Shown one piece after another: positions 59,701 through 64,000 of a DNA stretch of 64,000 bases (its first letter is position 1; every line of letters starts with the position of its first letter). A program made the translations under genes and the position numbers. Source of the stretch: Dendrobates tinctorius (taxonomy: Eukaryota); assembly GCF_039654945.1 (NCBI RefSeq), contig NW_027361737.1, forward strand, positions 25,420,001-25,484,000, written 5' to 3'. The notes under the pieces are model-generated. The model was not told the DNA's origin, ran no database searches, and worked only from the letters and a program-made list of their open reading frames with translations.

Positions 59701-62192
59701 TTGTTTGAGAATTTAAAGTTTATTGGTGGATGACTTCTTATGTTTGGGTTGCTCTCCTTCATACTTATATCCCTCAGGCCTCTAAAGAAAGATTCATTGT
59801 TGTAGAGGGGATGATGGTCAGTTCGTCATGCCAAGTGCATATGTTTTGTTGGGAGGTAGGAGAAGGCATTGCGGGGAAGGACAATGACTTGTTTGTATAG
59901 GAAAAGGTACAAGACTGTGTATGTGGCTTCTGCCTGGACGCAAGGGTTATTTTGTGGTGGAGTACGATTTTTAGGAATGTGCATTTAGCCAGAGGTCGCC
60001 CACATGGTGGATCATCATGAAACACTTGACCCTTCATGAAGGCAGCCATTTATCTAGAGTCTGTGACCTCGCTAACTTAATACATTAATTTTATGAAACG
60101 CTTTCTTAGAAGTGTCATGTCTGTTTTCTCCCCTTGATTTTAAGCTGTTCCTTCCATTTTTGATAAATTATAGATATTTTTCTATATTGATGGTAGATGA
60201 TTCATTTTTTTAAGTAACTTGAATACCTTGCTGTCCTGGTACTTACAAGGAAATTCTCCAACATATCATTATCTCCAACTTTTCTCATTTTTAAAGGAAA
60301 TGTATAATAGCAGAGCGTGTATGATCTGGCGGTCTCCGTCTTGGGTGTACTTTGATGTAAGTTATTTAAGTAGGGCTATTCTCCTCTACAGCATTGCTTT
60401 TCTTTAGCAGAAGTACGGTACCTGTCCTTTCTTCAGTAAGGGCGTGAGCTTCACGTGCTCCTACTTGTCCTCTTGCAAAGTAGCACCGTTATGTTTTCTG
60501 TTACAGGATACCATTGTACACACATGCAGGTCTGGCCACAGGGAGGAAGTAACGTTATATTCTCCCTGCAGCCGCTGGCTCCCAGTGATCTGGGTTCTGC
60601 GAACAGTCTGTGATCAGCACATTGCAAACACTTTAATCCCATCTGCTGATCCTTGTGTGATGTCCAGATCCTGCTCTGCAGCGTGCGTGTTCTGAGCATG
60701 TCGCTCAAGTATTGGGGATGATTACAGTGCGCTCACTGTGTAAGCGCCGACTGCTCACCGCTCTCCGACATTTGCCAATAATTATGTTATGCACACCCAG
60801 ATATTCTCCTAAGAAAGACAAAACCTCACTTCCCTAAATATTCAGGTTTCAGCTTTATTATCCTTTTGGATTGATTGACAGCGCTGTAGTTGTTCAATAA
60901 TAAAATTAATAATCAAACACAAATTGCCTAATAAAGCCATATTCACATGAAGCGTGTTTCTTCTGCAGGAAAGACGCAAAAAACTGCAAACTAGGTTTGC
61001 TGCATATTTGGGGAATAAAACTACCGGTAACTTTATTAAACATGTATATTAGACAAATCCCGTATACTGCACTAAAAAAGCAGCTAAAAAGCATTATAAA
61101 AACCCCAATAAGTTCAGCATCTGTTGGGCCTGTCTGCCGACTGCCAAAGTGCTGCTTTTGATATAACTTATCGAGAACAGATCGAGCAGACTGAACCATA
61201 CATTGCCCTGTATAGTCATCCTTTTTCTGTAACATTTTTTTTTTTTGTGGCAGAAAAATGGACTGCGTTTCATCAGTATTTGGCCATTGTCTGTTTTCAC
61301 TCGCAGTTTTTCTAGTAGTGAAAAAAAATAATTACTCCCAAATGATTTCTCAAGCTTCTTCTATCACGTTTTCATTCATCCATAGATGTTTTTTTGTGCG
61401 GAAGCTCAGTCTGCAAACACTATTGACATGTGCACAACCCCATAGACACTAATGGGTGTTTGTGCTCTATCCATGGAAAACATAGAACACATATGGAAAA
61501 ATTGGACTTGTGAAAGAGGCCTAAGGAAGGTGCAAGTGTCACCTAGAATCTGACGTGTATGTGCATGTTAGCACCAAGGTTTTTTTTATTCATTTTTAGA
61601 TTTATATGAATGTGCTTCAAAATTGGTACTAAATAAATAAAATGAACATGGTACACTGTGCAAAGTAAATGAGGCCTATAGGTTTTGATTTTATCCAAAT
61701 GGAGATGAAGCATTAGCATGTAATCCCATCAGTCCGTGTCAACCCCCTGATAAGCAATGGTCTTTCACTTCATGACAAATTTGGCTTTATTTGCTAGCTG
61801 TGAATGAACTCCTCCGTGACCCGGCTCTAATAGATTTGCTGTTTTCAGCAGCATGTAACTATGTAAATATTTGTAACGATTGCAGGTTTTATTACTGCGG
61901 GATTATATCTCTGCCATACACACTACTGGAATGCCAGTTATGTATAAGCACCTTGACAGGCAGGGATTTGGATTATTTGGCATGGTGTGAGCAGATGATT
62001 AACTCCAGCCTTACTTTGTCCCTTATATAATGAAAGGGTTCTGGGCTCTATTATTTGGGGAATTACATATTGTTTGTACTCCATTTACTTTTTACATCAT
62101 TGCGCCACCATAGTATTTTGCCAACCCGAGCTTATGTCTCTATGCATTATTATAGACGTGTTTGCTGAAACGTGGATGTGTTTCGTCTTAGG

Positions 62193-62499
62193 TAGTGATG
62201 AGCGCGTATACTCATTACTCAAGATTTCCCGAGCATGTTCGGGTCTTCTCTGAGTATTTGGATGTGCTCGGAGATTGTTTGTCGCTGTAACTGCATGATT
62301 TGCGGCTGCTAGACAGCCTGAATACATGTGGAGTTTTCGTAACAAACAGGCAATCACCACATGCATTCAGGTTGTCTAGCAGCCGCAAATCATGCAGCTA
62401 CACCGACAGAAACTAAATCTCCGAGCACGCCAAAATACTCAAAGATCACCCGAGCATGCTTGGGAAATATCGAGTAACGAGTATACTCTCTCATCACTA
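62193..62499. mobile_element. hAT-type MITE with an 8-bp TSD
   Basis: TAGTGATGAG ... CTCATCACTA, flanked by GTCTTAGG on both sides. Confidence 0.9.
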
Positions 62500-62610
62500 G
62501 TCTTAGGCGTTAGTCACGAGACAGTGTTTAAGATATTACATCTGCCTCAAAATATGGAACCATGATGGGAAAACAAAGAAATGGAAGAAATGGACCTGAG
62601 CATGACGGAT

Positions 62611-64000
62611 CAGTCCATATATATTTGGACAGAGACAACAATTTCTAATTTTGGTTATAGATATTACCACAACAAATTTTAATCAGAACAATTCAGATGC
62701 AGTTGAAGTTCAGACTTTCAGCTTTCATTTGAGCATATCCACATTAAAATTGGATGAAGGATTTAGGAGTTTCAACTCCTTAACATGTGCCACCCTGTTT
62801 TTAAAGGGACCAAAAGTAATTGGACAGATTAATTGTAAATAAAATGTTCATTTCTAGTACTTGGTTGAAAACCCTTTGTTGGCAATGACTGCATGAAGTC
62901 TTGAACTCATGGACATCACCAGACGCTGTGTTTCCTCCTTTTTTGATGCTCTGCCAGGCCTTCACTGCGGTGGTTTTCAGTTGCTGTTTGTTTGTGGGCC
63001 TTTCTGTCTGAAGTTTAGTCTTTAACAAGTGAAATGCATGCTCAATTGGGTTGAGATCAGGTGACTGACTTGGCCATTCAAGAATATTCCACTTCTTTGC
63101 TTTAATAAACTCCTGGGTTGCTTTGGCTTTATGTTTTGGGTCATTGTCCATCTGTAGTATGAAACGACGACCAATCACTTTGGCTGCATTTGGCTGGATC
63201 TGAGCACACAGTATGGCTCTGAATTCCTCAGAATTAATTTGGCTGCTTCTGTCCTGTGTCACATCAATAAACACTAGTGACCCAGTGCCACTGGCAGCCA
63301 TGCATGCCCACGCCATCACACTGCCTCCGCCGTGTTTTACAGATGATGTGGTATGCTTTGGATCATGAGCTGCACCACGCCTTGGCCATACTTTTCTCTT
63401 TCCATCATTCTGGTAGAGGTTGATCTTGGTTTCATCTGTCCAAAGAATGTTCTTCCAGAACTGTGCTGGCTTTTTTAGATGTTTTTTTTAGCAAAGTCCA
63501 GTCTAGCCTTTTGATTCTTGATGCTTATGAGTGGCTTGCACTATGCAGTGAACCCTCTGTATTTACTTTCATGCAGTCTTCTCTTTATGGTAGATTTGGA
63601 TAGTGATACGCCTACCTCCTGGAGAGTGATGTTCACTTGGTTGGCTGTTGTGAAGGGGTTTCACTTCACCATGGAGACTATTCTGCGATAATCCACCACT
63701 GTTGTGTTCCGTGGGCGCCCAGGTCTTTTTGCATTGATGAGTTCACCAGTGCTTTCTTTCTTTCTCAGGATGTACCAAATTGTAGATTTTGCCACTCCTA
63801 ATGTTGTAGCAATTTCTCGGATGGGTTTTTTCTGTTTTTGCAGCATAAGGATGGCTTGTTTCACCTGCATGGAGAGCTCCTTTGACTGCTGGTTTCCTTC
63901 ACGGCAAAACCTTCCAAATGCAAGCACCACACCTCAAATCAACTCCAGGCCTTTTATCTGCTTAATTGAGAATGACATAACGAAGGGATTGCCCACACCT
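62611..64000 (-). mobile_element. Tc1 transposon with a frameshifted DD34E transposase (runs off the window)
   Basis: HTH region IATTLGVAKSTIWYILRK..RPGRPR (63661-63930); QMDNDPKH..SPDLNPIEH (62801-63319). Confidence 0.92.

Overview
Vertebrate genomic DNA; the transposon repertoire suggests a frog, but the species cannot be read from the sequence. The window lies inside GIGYF2 (+ strand; five coding exons recognised at 9134-9229, 23683-23803, 33703-33811, 35499-35539 and 47594-47779). The Kir7.1 channel gene KCNJ13 is nested antisense in one intron, and its AUG appears to be created only by splicing (A|TG). The introns hold two DIRS1-type tyrosine-recombinase retrotransposons with complete ITR/ICR ends, a Penelope-like element with hammerhead-like motifs, a Tc1 remnant, L2, L1 and R4/Rex6 fragments, a solo LTR, an LTR derivative with inverted ends, a Helitron-like minisatellite carrier and many MITEs. 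The most unusual item is a 3.3-copy array of a near-identical 418-bp non-coding unit (29440-30825). It is flanked by a perfect 14-bp target-site duplication, and each full unit can be folded by hand on the minus strand into an HDV/CPEB3-like double pseudoknot with non-canonical core positions. This makes it a candidate retrozyme-like (circular-RNA) element that uses a delta-type fold rather than a hammerhead. All calls are by eye; no searches or folding programs were run.
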